DNA from: an uncultured Spirochaetota bacterium
GTDB taxonomy: Bacteria; Spirochaetota; Spirochaetia; SZUA-6; Fen-1364
Assembly (NCBI GenBank): GCA_963734545.1
Contig: CAVTHO010000004.1
Span: forward strand, 1-64,000
Length of the DNA stretch: 64,000 nucleotides
Direction: 5' to 3'
Within the stretch, counting starts at the first letter, position 1. Every line of letters begins with the position of its first letter. Below are positions 47,010 to 56,702 of this stretch, piece after piece. The notes below the pieces were generated by a model, which was given only the letters and a program-made list of their open reading frames with translations, did no database searches and was not told the origin of the DNA. A program made the translations under genes and the position numbers.

Positions 47010-48035
47010 TCAACGAGGGGTTTTCTCTTCCCTGACAGGCGCGGCGCACGAGCCGCGCTCGACGAGCCGGGGCGGTATGATGACGGACCTCCGCTCCGGC
47101 TCCCTGCCCGCCATCAGCTCGAAGAGCATCTGCACGGCGGCCGCGCCGATCTCATCTATCGGCTGCGCCACCGCGGTGATGCCCGGCGAAAGGTGGGCGA
47201 AAAACGGGTGATCGTCGAAAGACACGATGGAAATGTCGCCCGGCACGCTCCTCCCCATCTGCGCGCACGCGTTGAGCGTGCCGACGACAAGGTCCCCGGC
47301 CGCGACGAAGATGGCGGTGACCGAAGGGTGCGAAAGCAGCACCTGCTGCGCGCAGCGCATCGCGTCCGATGTATCGTAGGGACAGTGCACGACGACGGGG
47401 TCCGGGAGCCCCCGTTCCCGAAATACCTCGCGGATGCCGTGTACCCTGTCGTGCACGTAGGGCAGCGAGTCCGGACCTGCCAGCACGGCCACCCGGCTGT
47501 GGCCCTGGCCGGCAAAAAGCTCGCCCGCCATCCGCGCGCCCAGCGCGTTGTCCACGTCGACGTAGTACGACGAGCTGTGGGGGCTCTTGCCGACCATGAC
47601 GAACGGCAGGTTCTTCACGAGCAGCTCCGCGAGCTGCTTCTGTCCGAACTGCTCCGCCCCGATCACCGCGCCGTCGATCCGTCGGCCCCTGAGGATGCTG
47701 CGGAATGCCGAGTCGACATCGTCCTCCGAGCTCGCCGTGGAAAGGAGCACATTGATGCCGTGCGCGGCCGCCTCCTGCGTGATCACGGTGAGGAACGCGG
47801 GCCAGAAGGTGCTCGTCAGCGTGTACTTTCCGGTATGAGGGATGACAAAACCCATGGTGTTGGTGCGCCTGGCCGCAAGACCTCTGGCAGAGGCGTCCGG
47901 GTGGAAATCAAGGGATTCGATGAGCTTCGAGACCCGGCGTCGGGTTTCTTCGCCGACCCCTGTCACGCCGTTTATGACCCGGGAAACGGTGCCTTTCGAA
48001 ACATGGGCCATTTCGGCGATGTCTTTTATCGTCAT
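47010..48035 (-). CDS. LacI family transcriptional regulator
   Basis: MTIKDIAEMAHVSKGTVSRVIN HTH; VPGDISIVSFDD. Confidence 0.95.
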   Translation of the reverse strand: MTIKDIAEMAHVSKGTVSRVINGVTGVGEETRRRVSKLIESLDFHPDASARGLAARRTNTMGFVIPHTGKYTLTSTFWPAFLTVITQEAAAHGINVLLSTASSEDDVDSAFRSILRGRRIDGAVIGAEQFGQKQLAELLVKNLPFVMVGKSPHSSSYYVDVDNALGARMAGELFAGQGHSRVAVLAGPDSLPYVHDRVHGIREVFRERGLPDPVVVHCPYDTSDAMRCAQQVLLSHPSVTAIFVAAGDLVVGTLNACAQMGRSVPGDISIVSFDDHPFFAHLSPGITAVAQPIDEIGAAAVQMLFELMAGREPERRSVIIPPRLVERGSCAAPVREEKTPR

Positions 48036-48058
48036 CTGTCCTTACAAGGCTCCCCGAC

Positions 48059-48172
48059 AATAACGGTTTCGTTCTTTGCCAGAAGAAACAGAAATATCAG
48101 CCGAATCGGCAGTACCATGCAGAGTGGCCGCAACCGTTCTCGCGTTGTAGCACGCGGCATTTGCGTTGTCAA
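48059..48172 (-). promoter_or_regulatory. lacI-ABC operon promoter with operator-like sites
   Basis: Minus strand TTGACA-N17-TACAAC (48172-48144); AACCGTT-core sites at 48130-48141 and 48059-48070. Confidence 0.55.
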
Positions 48173-48277
48173 CAGAATTCTTTCTCAACATTTTAATCCT
48201 TGTATATGAAAGAGTTACATGATTGGTGATATGAACGCGCTTCGAGGAAATCAGTAGAACCGAGCATCAATCGGCAA

Positions 48278-48306
48278 TTGCACTATACCGGTATCTCAGA
48301 TAGCAT
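48278..48306 (+). promoter_or_regulatory. GH94 promoter with palindromic operator in the spacer
   Basis: TTGCAC-N17-TAGCAT, with ATACCGGTAT palindrome at 48285-48294. Confidence 0.55.
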
Positions 48307-48331
48307 ATATTTCCGAGTGAAGGAGGAGAAA

Positions 48332-50743
48332 ATGCGCTGCGGTCGATTCGAGGATTCCGCGAGAGAGTACGTGATAACCGATCCGTGCACGCCGACAAAA
48401 TGGATCAACTATGTCGGGACCCTTGCGTTCGGCGGGTTTGTCGACCATACCGGCGGCGCCCTGCTCTGCAAGGGAGACCCGGCAACCAACCGCATCACGC
48501 GTTACATCTCCCTGCAGCCCGCCGGCGAGTTCAGAGCCACGACCCTCTTCCTGCGCATGCGGGAGCCGGGCGGCTGGAAGACTGTTTCGCCGTTCTTTGT
48601 TCCCGGGCTGGCCCGCCTGGATTCCTTCGAATGCCACGTGGGGCTTGGATATTCGCGGATTGTCTCCGCGCTCGACGGAATTCGCACCGACGCCACTTTT
48701 TTCGTGCCCCTGGAAGACTTCCGCCTGATACTGGACGTGCGGATTTCGAATATCGGCAGGAAAAGCCGCGAGGTGGATGCGGTCCCGGTCGTGGAGTACT
48801 CGCACTTCGACGCCCTCAAGCAGCTCACGAATGCGGACTGGGTGCCGCAGACAATGCAGAGCAGGTCACGCCTCTCCGAGGATGGACGCAGGGTGCTCTT
48901 CCAGTACGCATTCATGATGCGCGACACGCAGGTGAACTTCCTCGCATCCAACCTGGCCTCGTCCTCCTTTGAAACAGACCGCAGGCATTTTCTCGGCCGC
49001 AATGAGTACGGGACCTGGGCCCGCCCGGCCAGCCTGGAAGAGCAGGAGCTCGGCTGCCACGAGGCGCTGCGCGGCGACAATATCGGCGCGCTCCTGCATC
49101 ACCTGGGCGCGCTCTCGCCGGGCGAGGAGCGCCGTCTCATCGTCCAGCTCGGCCAGGCCGCGAGCATCGAATCGGCCATGCCGGGCATAGGCTCATTCCA
49201 GGATGGCCGCGCGGTGGACCAGGCATTCGCGCGCCTCTCGGAATCCTGGCAGGCACGGCTTTCCTGCCTGCAGGTGGAAACTCCCGACACGGCGACCAAC
49301 AGGATGCTGAACATCCACAACCCCCGGCAGTGTCACACGACGTTTCAGTGGTCACGCTACCTTTCCCTCTATCAAACCGGCTATGGCGCCCGGGGAATCG
49401 GGTTCCGCGACTCCTCGCAGGACGTGATGGGAGTCCTGGCGAGCGTGCCGAAGGAGGCGAAGTCCCTCCTCTGCACCCTGCTCAGCGTCCAGAAGCGCGA
49501 AGGATTTGCCATGCACCAGCTCAATCCTGCCACCCGGGAAGGCAGCATGGGTGACGCCATGGAGCGCGAGGACCGCCCGCACTACTACAGCGACGACCAT
49601 CTGTGGAGCATTCTGGCCGTGGCGGAGCTTCTGAAGGAAACGGGTGATCGCTCGTTCCTGGAAGAAGTCATTCCCTTCTACGACAAGGACAAGAAGGGCG
49701 CGCCCGTGGAAACCGCGACCGTCCTGGATCACATGCGCCGGGGCATCGAGTTCACCCGGTCGAACGTGGGGAAGCACGGCATCCCGCTCCTCGGGTTCGC
49801 GGACTGGAACGACACGATCAATCTTCCCACAGGCGCGGAATCCATGTTCACGGCGAACCTGTACGGCAGGGCGCTCCAGGAGCTGGCCGCCATGGCACGC
49901 TGGAGCGGGGAGCCCGCGGAGGCCGAAAGGTACGACGCCTGGCACGCGGAAATGAAACAGCGGTTCCTCCAGCACGCGTGGGACGGGCAGTGGTGGATCA
50001 GGTACATCGACTGGGACGGGACGCCGCTGGGCTCCCATGTGAACGAGAAAGGCCAGATCTACATCAACGGGCAATCCTGGCCCGTGCTCTCAGGGTTTGC
50101 CACCGGGGACCGGGCCCGCGCGTCCCTGGAATCACTGCGCAGGCTGCTCAACACGAGAAACGGGATCAAGATATCGACTCCCAGCTTCAATGGGTTCGAC
50201 CCGCACAAGGGAGGGATCAGCACCTATCCCCCCGGCGCCAAGGAGAACTCGGGCATCTTCCTCCACACCAATCCCTGGGTGATCATCGCCGAGACAATGC
50301 TGGGCAACGGGGACCGCGCATACGAATACTACCGGCAGATCGATCCCAGCGAAAAAAACGACACGATCGAGCAGTTCGAGTGCGAGCCCTACGTCTATCC
50401 CCAGAACATCCTCGGGGACGAGCATCCGATGTTCGGCCTCGCGCGGAACTCCTGGCTCTCCGGAACCGCGTCCTGGGTCTATCAGGCAGCCACCCGGCAC
50501 ATCCTTGGCCTGCTGCCCACGTACGGCGGGCTGCAGGTGAGCCCCTGCATACCGTCGGCCTGGGACGGCTTCAGCGCGGTACGGCACTACAGGGGCGCCG
50601 CATACCAGGTCGCGGTGAGGAACCCTTCTCATGTCTGTCACGGTGTTGCGTCGATGTCGGTGGACGGGCGCAAGGTCGACGGGAACCTGCTCCCCGTGTT
50701 CGAGGACGGGAGAACGCATACCGTCGAGGCAACCCTGGGCTAA
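48332..50743 (+). CDS. GH94 glycoside phosphorylase (cellobiose/chitobiose phosphorylase-like)
   Basis: RGIGFRDSSQD, SDDHLW, ADWNDTINL, GAKENSGIF, EPYVYPQ, SWLSGTASW. Confidence 0.9.
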   Translation: MRCGRFEDSAREYVITDPCTPTKWINYVGTLAFGGFVDHTGGALLCKGDPATNRITRYISLQPAGEFRATTLFLRMREPGGWKTVSPFFVPGLARLDSFECHVGLGYSRIVSALDGIRTDATFFVPLEDFRLILDVRISNIGRKSREVDAVPVVEYSHFDALKQLTNADWVPQTMQSRSRLSEDGRRVLFQYAFMMRDTQVNFLASNLASSSFETDRRHFLGRNEYGTWARPASLEEQELGCHEALRGDNIGALLHHLGALSPGEERRLIVQLGQAASIESAMPGIGSFQDGRAVDQAFARLSESWQARLSCLQVETPDTATNRMLNIHNPRQCHTTFQWSRYLSLYQTGYGARGIGFRDSSQDVMGVLASVPKEAKSLLCTLLSVQKREGFAMHQLNPATREGSMGDAMEREDRPHYYSDDHLWSILAVAELLKETGDRSFLEEVIPFYDKDKKGAPVETATVLDHMRRGIEFTRSNVGKHGIPLLGFADWNDTINLPTGAESMFTANLYGRALQELAAMARWSGEPAEAERYDAWHAEMKQRFLQHAWDGQWWIRYIDWDGTPLGSHVNEKGQIYINGQSWPVLSGFATGDRARASLESLRRLLNTRNGIKISTPSFNGFDPHKGGISTYPPGAKENSGIFLHTNPWVIIAETMLGNGDRAYEYYRQIDPSEKNDTIEQFECEPYVYPQNILGDEHPMFGLARNSWLSGTASWVYQAATRHILGLLPTYGGLQVSPCIPSAWDGFSAVRHYRGAAYQVAVRNPSHVCHGVASMSVDGRKVDGNLLPVFEDGRTHTVEATLG

Positions 50744-51807
50744 GAAGACCGCGCCACCCCGCCCGCCGCGCCCAGCTTCCTCAGCAGCCGCTCTTTCCTC
50801 TTCTCGATCTCCTGCCGGGTGCGCGCATCCAGAGGGAGGTTCCAGGAGAGGAGCATCTCCACCATTTCGAGGGCCCGATCCGGCCTCCTGACCCGGTGCT
50901 CGAGGTGCTTGGCGAGCTCCACGGCAGCGAAAATGCTGCGGGAGCCCGAGGTCATGGATTCCCACACGGCCACCGCTTTTTCCCAGTCGCGGCATCTCCT
51001 GTGGTGGAGGCTGAGCACGACACCGGCCTCCGCGTTTCCTCGGTCGAATGCGTCCGCCAGCACGCGGGCACCGAGGGCAGGTGACCGGCCGAGCAGCCAG
51101 CGGCCCAGGGCCCTTTCGTCCACCTGTGCGGCTGAAACATCACCGTCAAGGAACCTGCCGATGAGCGCGTACATCCGGGCAAGGGAGGTGATGTCCATGA
51201 CATTGTGGTCGAATACCACCGGCAGCGTTCCCCGCCTTCCCGTGCGCAGGTACTCCAGCCAGATCAAGGGAATGTCCTCGCCCGCCACATCGAGCCCCCT
51301 GATGAAGCCGAGGATGCGCGATTCGATGGTCTTCAGGCTGCAGTCACCCGTTACGGTCTTCCAGAGCCTTCGCGCGTGGTGGAGCAGGTCCACCTGGGGG
51401 CCCGGCTCCCAGTCGATGCGGTTCATCAGGAATCGGGTCTGCAGGAGGTGGCTGTCAAAGGTCTTTCCATTGTAAGAGACGAACGCCCGGTAGGGCTTGA
51501 GCAGGCCGGCAACCGCGGCCAGGAAATCCGGCTCGCCGGGAAAGTCCGAGAGAAAGAGCTGCTCCACCACGAGGTCCCTGCCCTCGCACCGGGCGGCGCC
51601 GAACAGAAAGATGACGCTTCCGGCGCCGCCGGAAAGGCCGGTTGTTTCCGTGTCGTAGAACACCAGCTCGTCGCCGGAGACGGCTTCAGGGGAGAAAGGC
51701 GCAGGCCACGCCTCCACGCCAAGGCCGGAAAAATCGAGACGCCGCCTGTAAAGAAACTCCCCCGCCCTTTCCCAGCCGGGAAACGGGGAATCCTGCATGC
51801 CGCCCAT
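50740..51807 (-). CDS. YprB/MrfB-like RNase H-like exonuclease with TPR-like C-terminus
   Basis: FYDTETTGLSGG, SYNGKTFD, DLLH, HNVMDI. Confidence 0.85.
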   Translation of the reverse strand: MGGMQDSPFPGWERAGEFLYRRRLDFSGLGVEAWPAPFSPEAVSGDELVFYDTETTGLSGGAGSVIFLFGAARCEGRDLVVEQLFLSDFPGEPDFLAAVAGLLKPYRAFVSYNGKTFDSHLLQTRFLMNRIDWEPGPQVDLLHHARRLWKTVTGDCSLKTIESRILGFIRGLDVAGEDIPLIWLEYLRTGRRGTLPVVFDHNVMDITSLARMYALIGRFLDGDVSAAQVDERALGRWLLGRSPALGARVLADAFDRGNAEAGVVLSLHHRRCRDWEKAVAVWESMTSGSRSIFAAVELAKHLEHRVRRPDRALEMVEMLLSWNLPLDARTRQEIEKRKERLLRKLGAAGGVARSS

Positions 51808-51813
51808 TCGTCG

Positions 51814-54112
51814 TCAGGGCTCCATTGCGTCCGTCCAGGCCGCGAGGAACGCGCGCACGGCAGTCTTGGCGTTGATGCCGCCTTGATCCGCGTCGGGTGC
51901 CCCGATGCAGGAAGGACAACCGCTCTCGCAGGGACACCGCTCCACTACCTCCCGCGCGCCCCGCGCAATCCGCGGCAGGTCCTTCAGGAATCCCTCTGAG
52001 AGCCCGATCCCCCCGGGGTACTGGTCGTACACGTAGAGGCATGGGACCTTGAAGTGAGGGTCCCTGACCCTCTCCGATACTCCCAGGTCACGGGGATCGC
52101 AGAGCAGAAACACGGGGGCCACGGTGCGCAGGAGCACGCCCATCCTCTGGATGACGATGCCCTGCTCCGCCTCGGGAAGCGCGCCGAACCTCTTTCCCGG
52201 CAGCGGTGGCGGCGTCGAACAGGAGCACGGCGGACCGGGTGTGCATCTCGTCCGGCGGCAGCGTGATGTCGCCGTAGCCCACGTTCTCATTCGTGTGGTA
52301 CTTCAGCTTCTTGAACTTGGTCGCCTGGGTCCGCACGAGGAGGTCCCCCAGCACGGTGCGGATGCCCGCGGCGGCTTTCTCCTCGTCCTCGGTAAGGACC
52401 TTGATGTCCGTCTTGACTATGGAGTCGGTCCAGTAGTCCGTATCCGCGGTTTCCACGAAACACCGCCTGTTCTCGAGGTCGAGCTGCTTCACGGCGAACT
52501 GGTCACCCAGGTGGATGTAGATGGCGTGGTCGAACACGAGCAGCTTGGCAGAGGGCAGGTCCATCTCGCCGATCACCTCGTCCCTCCCCCGGGTCGTGTC
52601 CACGATCACCACGTTTTCCGCGGTGGAGGTGCGCAGGGAGACGTTCTCCGCCGGATAGGAACGATCCGCCCAGTACCATTTGACCCCCGCGTGCCGGATG
52701 ACCCCCTTTTCCGCGAGGGATTCCAGGAGCGCGGGGGTGTCATCGCCAAAGGTCTCCCCTTCCTCGAATGGCAGCTCGAAGAGGGCGCACTTCAGCTGGT
52801 CGGTCTGAATGAAGATATTGCCCGGATCGATGTAGCCGTTCTCCGGGGAGCGGGAGAAGAAGTACTCGGGATGCTGAATCACGAACTGGTCCGTGGGGGA
52901 GGAGGAGGCGACCAGGATGGAAAGGGACACGGTGTTCCGCCGCCCCGCCCTGCCCGCCTGCTGCCACGAGGAGGAGATGGTGCCGGGAAAGCCCGCAGAG
53001 AATGGAGGCGTCCAGCCCGCCGATGTCTATGCCGAGCTCGAGCGCGTTCGTGGAAACCACCCCCTGGATGCTTCCGTCCCGCAGGCCTTTCTCAATGGCG
53101 CGCCGCTCGTTCGGCAGGTAGCCGCCCCGGTAGGACTGCACGGTGATGCCGTGGTTGTCCGTGTAGAAGTTCTTCAGGGAGTCCCGGATATATGTGGCGA
53201 TGAGCTCCGTGCGCACGCGCGATCGGGCGAACACGATGGTCTTCACGCCCGCCTTGAGCAGGCGCGTGGCAATCCGCTGGCTCTCCAGCACCACGCTGCG
53301 CCTGATCCCCTGCACCCTGTCCACGAGCGGAGGATTGTAGAGCACGAAATGACGCTCGCCGGACGGGGAGCCGTTGTCGTCGATGAGGGTCACGTCCTGC
53401 TCCAGGATCTTCTTCGCCAGCTCGTGCGGGTTGCCGATGGTTGCCGAGCAGCAGATGAACAGGGGCGCGGCGCCGTAGAACGCCGGCAATCCTCTTCAGC
53501 GCGGCGGATCACGCTCGTCATGTGCGAGCCGAATACCCCCCGGTAGGAATGCATCTCGTCGATGACGACGAAGCGAAGGTGCTTCAGCGCCTTGATCCAC
53601 TTCGGGTGGTTGGGAAGGATGCCGGTGTGGAGCATGTCGGGGTTGGTGATGATGATCCTGCCCTCGTCCCGCGCGGAGATGCGGATGGAGCCCGGCGTGT
53701 CCCCGTCGTAGGTGAAGACCTTGACGGGGATCTCCCCGCCCAGCACGACCTCGTTCAACTCCGACTGCTGATCCTGGGAGAGGGCTTTTGTGGGGAACAG
53801 GTACAGCGCGCGGGCATCGGGGTCTTCCAGCAGCGCCTGGAGAACGGGAAGATTGTATGCCAGTGTTTTCCCGGACGCGGTGGGGCTGACGAGCACCACG
53901 CTCTTGCCCGCGCGCACCGCGTCCCACGTGGCAAGCTGGTGGCTGTAGATCCTGCCTATGCCCCGGGCCTGCAGCGCCTGGCGGATGCGGCTGTCCACGG
54001 CGGGCGGAATTTCCGCGTACGAGCCCGCGCGCGCCGGCACCACTTCCCAGTGGGTGACCCTTTCGCTGAACTCCGGGTCCCTGCGGAGCGACCCGATGAT
54101 GTCGGTGAGCAT
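51814..54112 (-). CDS. YprA/MrfA-like DEAH helicase with DUF1998 domain (frameshifted)
   Basis: PTASGKT, PTKALSQDQ, TNPDMLH, DEMH, SATIGNP, TNALELGIDIG, YDQYPGGIG, CPCESGCPSC. Confidence 0.9.
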
Positions 54113-54183
54113 CCCCCCTCCCCCCGGACCATAGTAACACGGCGGAGTCACTCGGACAATCAGCCGCGATACCCTGATCGGCC

Positions 54184-54212
54184 TTGACCGCAGGCACGGT
54201 GCGGCATACACT
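54184..54212 (+). promoter_or_regulatory. sigma70 promoter of glgC
   Basis: TTGACC-N17-TACACT. Confidence 0.55.
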
Positions 54213-54228
54213 TTTCCGGGGGACGGAC

Positions 54229-55509
54229 ATGGCAAAAATCGTTGCGATCATACTTGGCGGCGGGAGAGGCCAGCGGTTGTACCCCCTCACCGCCAAGCGC
54301 GCGAAGCCGGCCGTACCGTTCGGGGGCAAGTTCCGTCTCGTGGACATCCCCATCTCGAACTGCATCCACGCGGGATTGCGGGAGATCTACATTCTCACAC
54401 AGTTCAATTCGGCTTCCCTGCACCGTCACATCAACAACACGTACAGGTTCGACACATTCAGCAAAGGCTTCGTGGAGGTCCTCGCCGCCGAGCAGACGCT
54501 GGAGTCGAGCGACTGGTACCAGGGCACGGCGGACGCCGTGCGGAAAAACTTCATTCATTTCGCGGACCAGTCCCCCACGCACTACCTGATCCTCTCCGGT
54601 GATCAGCTCTACCGCATGGACCTCATGGACATGTTCCGCTCCCACGTCGAGTCGAAGTCCGATATCACTGTCGCCGCGGTGACGATCACGCGTGAGAAGG
54701 CGAGCGGCCTCGGCATCCTCAAGATCGACAGCCGCTACCGGATCACGGAATTCATCGAGAAGCCGGCGCCGCAGGAAGACATTTCGGCGCTTGCCATTCC
54801 CCCGAAGATCAAGGAAATGGAAGACCTGGATTTCGAGGGTGAAGGGTTCCTCGCATCCATGGGCATATACATCTTCACCGCCGCTGCCATGAGAAAGGCC
54901 CTGAACAACTCCCATACGGATTTCGGCTCCCAGATCATCCCGTCCTCCATCGGATCAATGAACATGGGGGCGTACGTCTTCGACGACTACTGGGAGGACA
55001 TCGGAACGGTGCACAGCTTCTACGAGGCGAACATCAAGCTCGCCTCCATCAATCCGGACTTCAACCTCTACCTCGAAAACGCGCCCATCTTCTCCAACCG
55101 GCGTGACCTGGCGCCTTCCAAGATCAACTACAGCACCATCTCCACCTCCCTCGCGGCGGAAGGAAGCATCATCACCAACGCGAATATCGTCAATTCCATC
55201 GTCGGCATCCGCACGATCATCGAGAGCGGGGCGAACCTCGACGGCGTGGTCTGCATGGGCGCGGATTACTACGAGACGGCGGAAGACCGGGAGCGGAACA
55301 GCGGGGACGGAAGACCCAACGTGGGCATCGGCAAGAGCTGCATCATCAAGAGAGCCATCATCGACAAGAACGCCCGGATCGGGGAGAACTGCCGTCTGGG
55401 CATCGACGCCATCAGCCGTCCCGACGGGGACTACGAGAACTATTCCGTCCGTGACGGGATCATCGTCATCCCGAAGGATGCGGTTCTCCCCCCCGGGACG
55501 GTGATCTGA
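54229..55509 (+). CDS. glgC: glucose-1-phosphate adenylyltransferase
   Basis: GGGRGQRLYPLT..RAKPAVP, WYQGTADAVR, ILSGDQLY, YWEDIGT. Confidence 0.97.
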   Translation: MAKIVAIILGGGRGQRLYPLTAKRAKPAVPFGGKFRLVDIPISNCIHAGLREIYILTQFNSASLHRHINNTYRFDTFSKGFVEVLAAEQTLESSDWYQGTADAVRKNFIHFADQSPTHYLILSGDQLYRMDLMDMFRSHVESKSDITVAAVTITREKASGLGILKIDSRYRITEFIEKPAPQEDISALAIPPKIKEMEDLDFEGEGFLASMGIYIFTAAAMRKALNNSHTDFGSQIIPSSIGSMNMGAYVFDDYWEDIGTVHSFYEANIKLASINPDFNLYLENAPIFSNRRDLAPSKINYSTISTSLAAEGSIITNANIVNSIVGIRTIIESGANLDGVVCMGADYYETAEDRERNSGDGRPNVGIGKSCIIKRAIIDKNARIGENCRLGIDAISRPDGDYENYSVRDGIIVIPKDAVLPPGTVI

Positions 55510-55556
55510 GGTCCCTCGCGGCCCGATGGCAGCGCGGCCCGATCATTGAGCAGCCA

Positions 55557-56702
55557 GTGAGCGACAATCAGTCGAAGGCGATCCGCGCGGAGGATTACGC
55601 CGCCGCGCTCGAGCTGCTGGAGAGCGTCACCCGCATCGACACGGAGGAGGAAGTCAGCGCAGGCATCGTACGCCTGTTCACGAAGCTCTTCGATGCCGAA
55701 CGCGTCTCCTATGCCACGGTGGAGCGCGGCATTCCCCGTCCGATCGTCCAGTCCCCGGGTCCCGAGGGTGAAGCAGAGCTGGGAGAGATGCTGGCCTACC
55801 TGGACAGCGCCACGGAGATCGCGCTCCCCACCGCGTCCGGCAGCGGATTCATTGCGGGCATCCAGCGTGACGGAGAGCTCATGGGGATCGTCCGCGTGGG
55901 CCGGGTGGCGTCTGCCCCGGTCTCACGCTGCATCGAGCTGGCGCGGGCAATCAGCGGCGTCTGCGGCCTGGCCGTGGACAATGCCCGGGCATATGCGCGG
56001 ATCGCCGTGATGGACGCCGAGAGGGTGCGGGCCGTCAAGCTGGAGAGCCTGGGCCTTTTTGCGGGCGGCATGGCGCACGACTTCAACAATCTGCTCACCA
56101 TCGTGGTGGGGCATGCGGACCTTCTCTCCCGGCATCCCGACGATCCCGAGGAGATCCGGCAGGCGGCGGATGCCATCCTCGGCTCGGCCCGGCGCGCGGC
56201 GGACATCGTGGGGAGGCTCGTTGCCGCGGCCGCGGTGCAGATGCTGAACGTGGAGGCGGCGGACCTCAACTCCATCGTGTCCCAGTCGGTCGGCGCATTG
56301 CAGTCGATTCTCGGCGCGGAGATCGAGCTCCACCTCGACCTTTCCGGGCCGCCGGTGCCCGTGCGGGCAGACACGGAACAGATGAAGACCGTCCTTGTCA
56401 ACCTTGCGACCAACGCGCGGGACGCGATGCCGGAGGGAGGCATCTTCACCGTCCGGACGGCCGCCGCGGCGGGCCGGGCCGTCCTTTCCTGCATGGATAC
56501 GGGAAGGGGCATGGACGAGGAGACGAGAAAAAGGATCTTCGAGCCTTACTTCACGACCCGGGAGTTCGGGAGGAGCGCCGGCTGGGGACTGGCAGTCTGC
56601 AACGGCATCATCAGGCAGCATGAGGGAGAGATCCGGGTGGCAAGCGTGCCGGACGAAGGCTCCACCTTTACCATCAGCCTTCCGCTTCTTGTTTCGGATT
56701 GA
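55557..56702 (+). CDS. GAF-like sensor histidine kinase (no receiver domain)
   Basis: AHDFNNLL H-box, NARDAM N-box, DTGRGM, FEPYFTT, GWGLA. Confidence 0.88.
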   Translation: MSDNQSKAIRAEDYAAALELLESVTRIDTEEEVSAGIVRLFTKLFDAERVSYATVERGIPRPIVQSPGPEGEAELGEMLAYLDSATEIALPTASGSGFIAGIQRDGELMGIVRVGRVASAPVSRCIELARAISGVCGLAVDNARAYARIAVMDAERVRAVKLESLGLFAGGMAHDFNNLLTIVVGHADLLSRHPDDPEEIRQAADAILGSARRAADIVGRLVAAAAVQMLNVEAADLNSIVSQSVGALQSILGAEIELHLDLSGPPVPVRADTEQMKTVLVNLATNARDAMPEGGIFTVRTAAAAGRAVLSCMDTGRGMDEETRKRIFEPYFTTREFGRSAGWGLAVCNGIIRQHEGEIRVASVPDEGSTFTISLPLLVSD

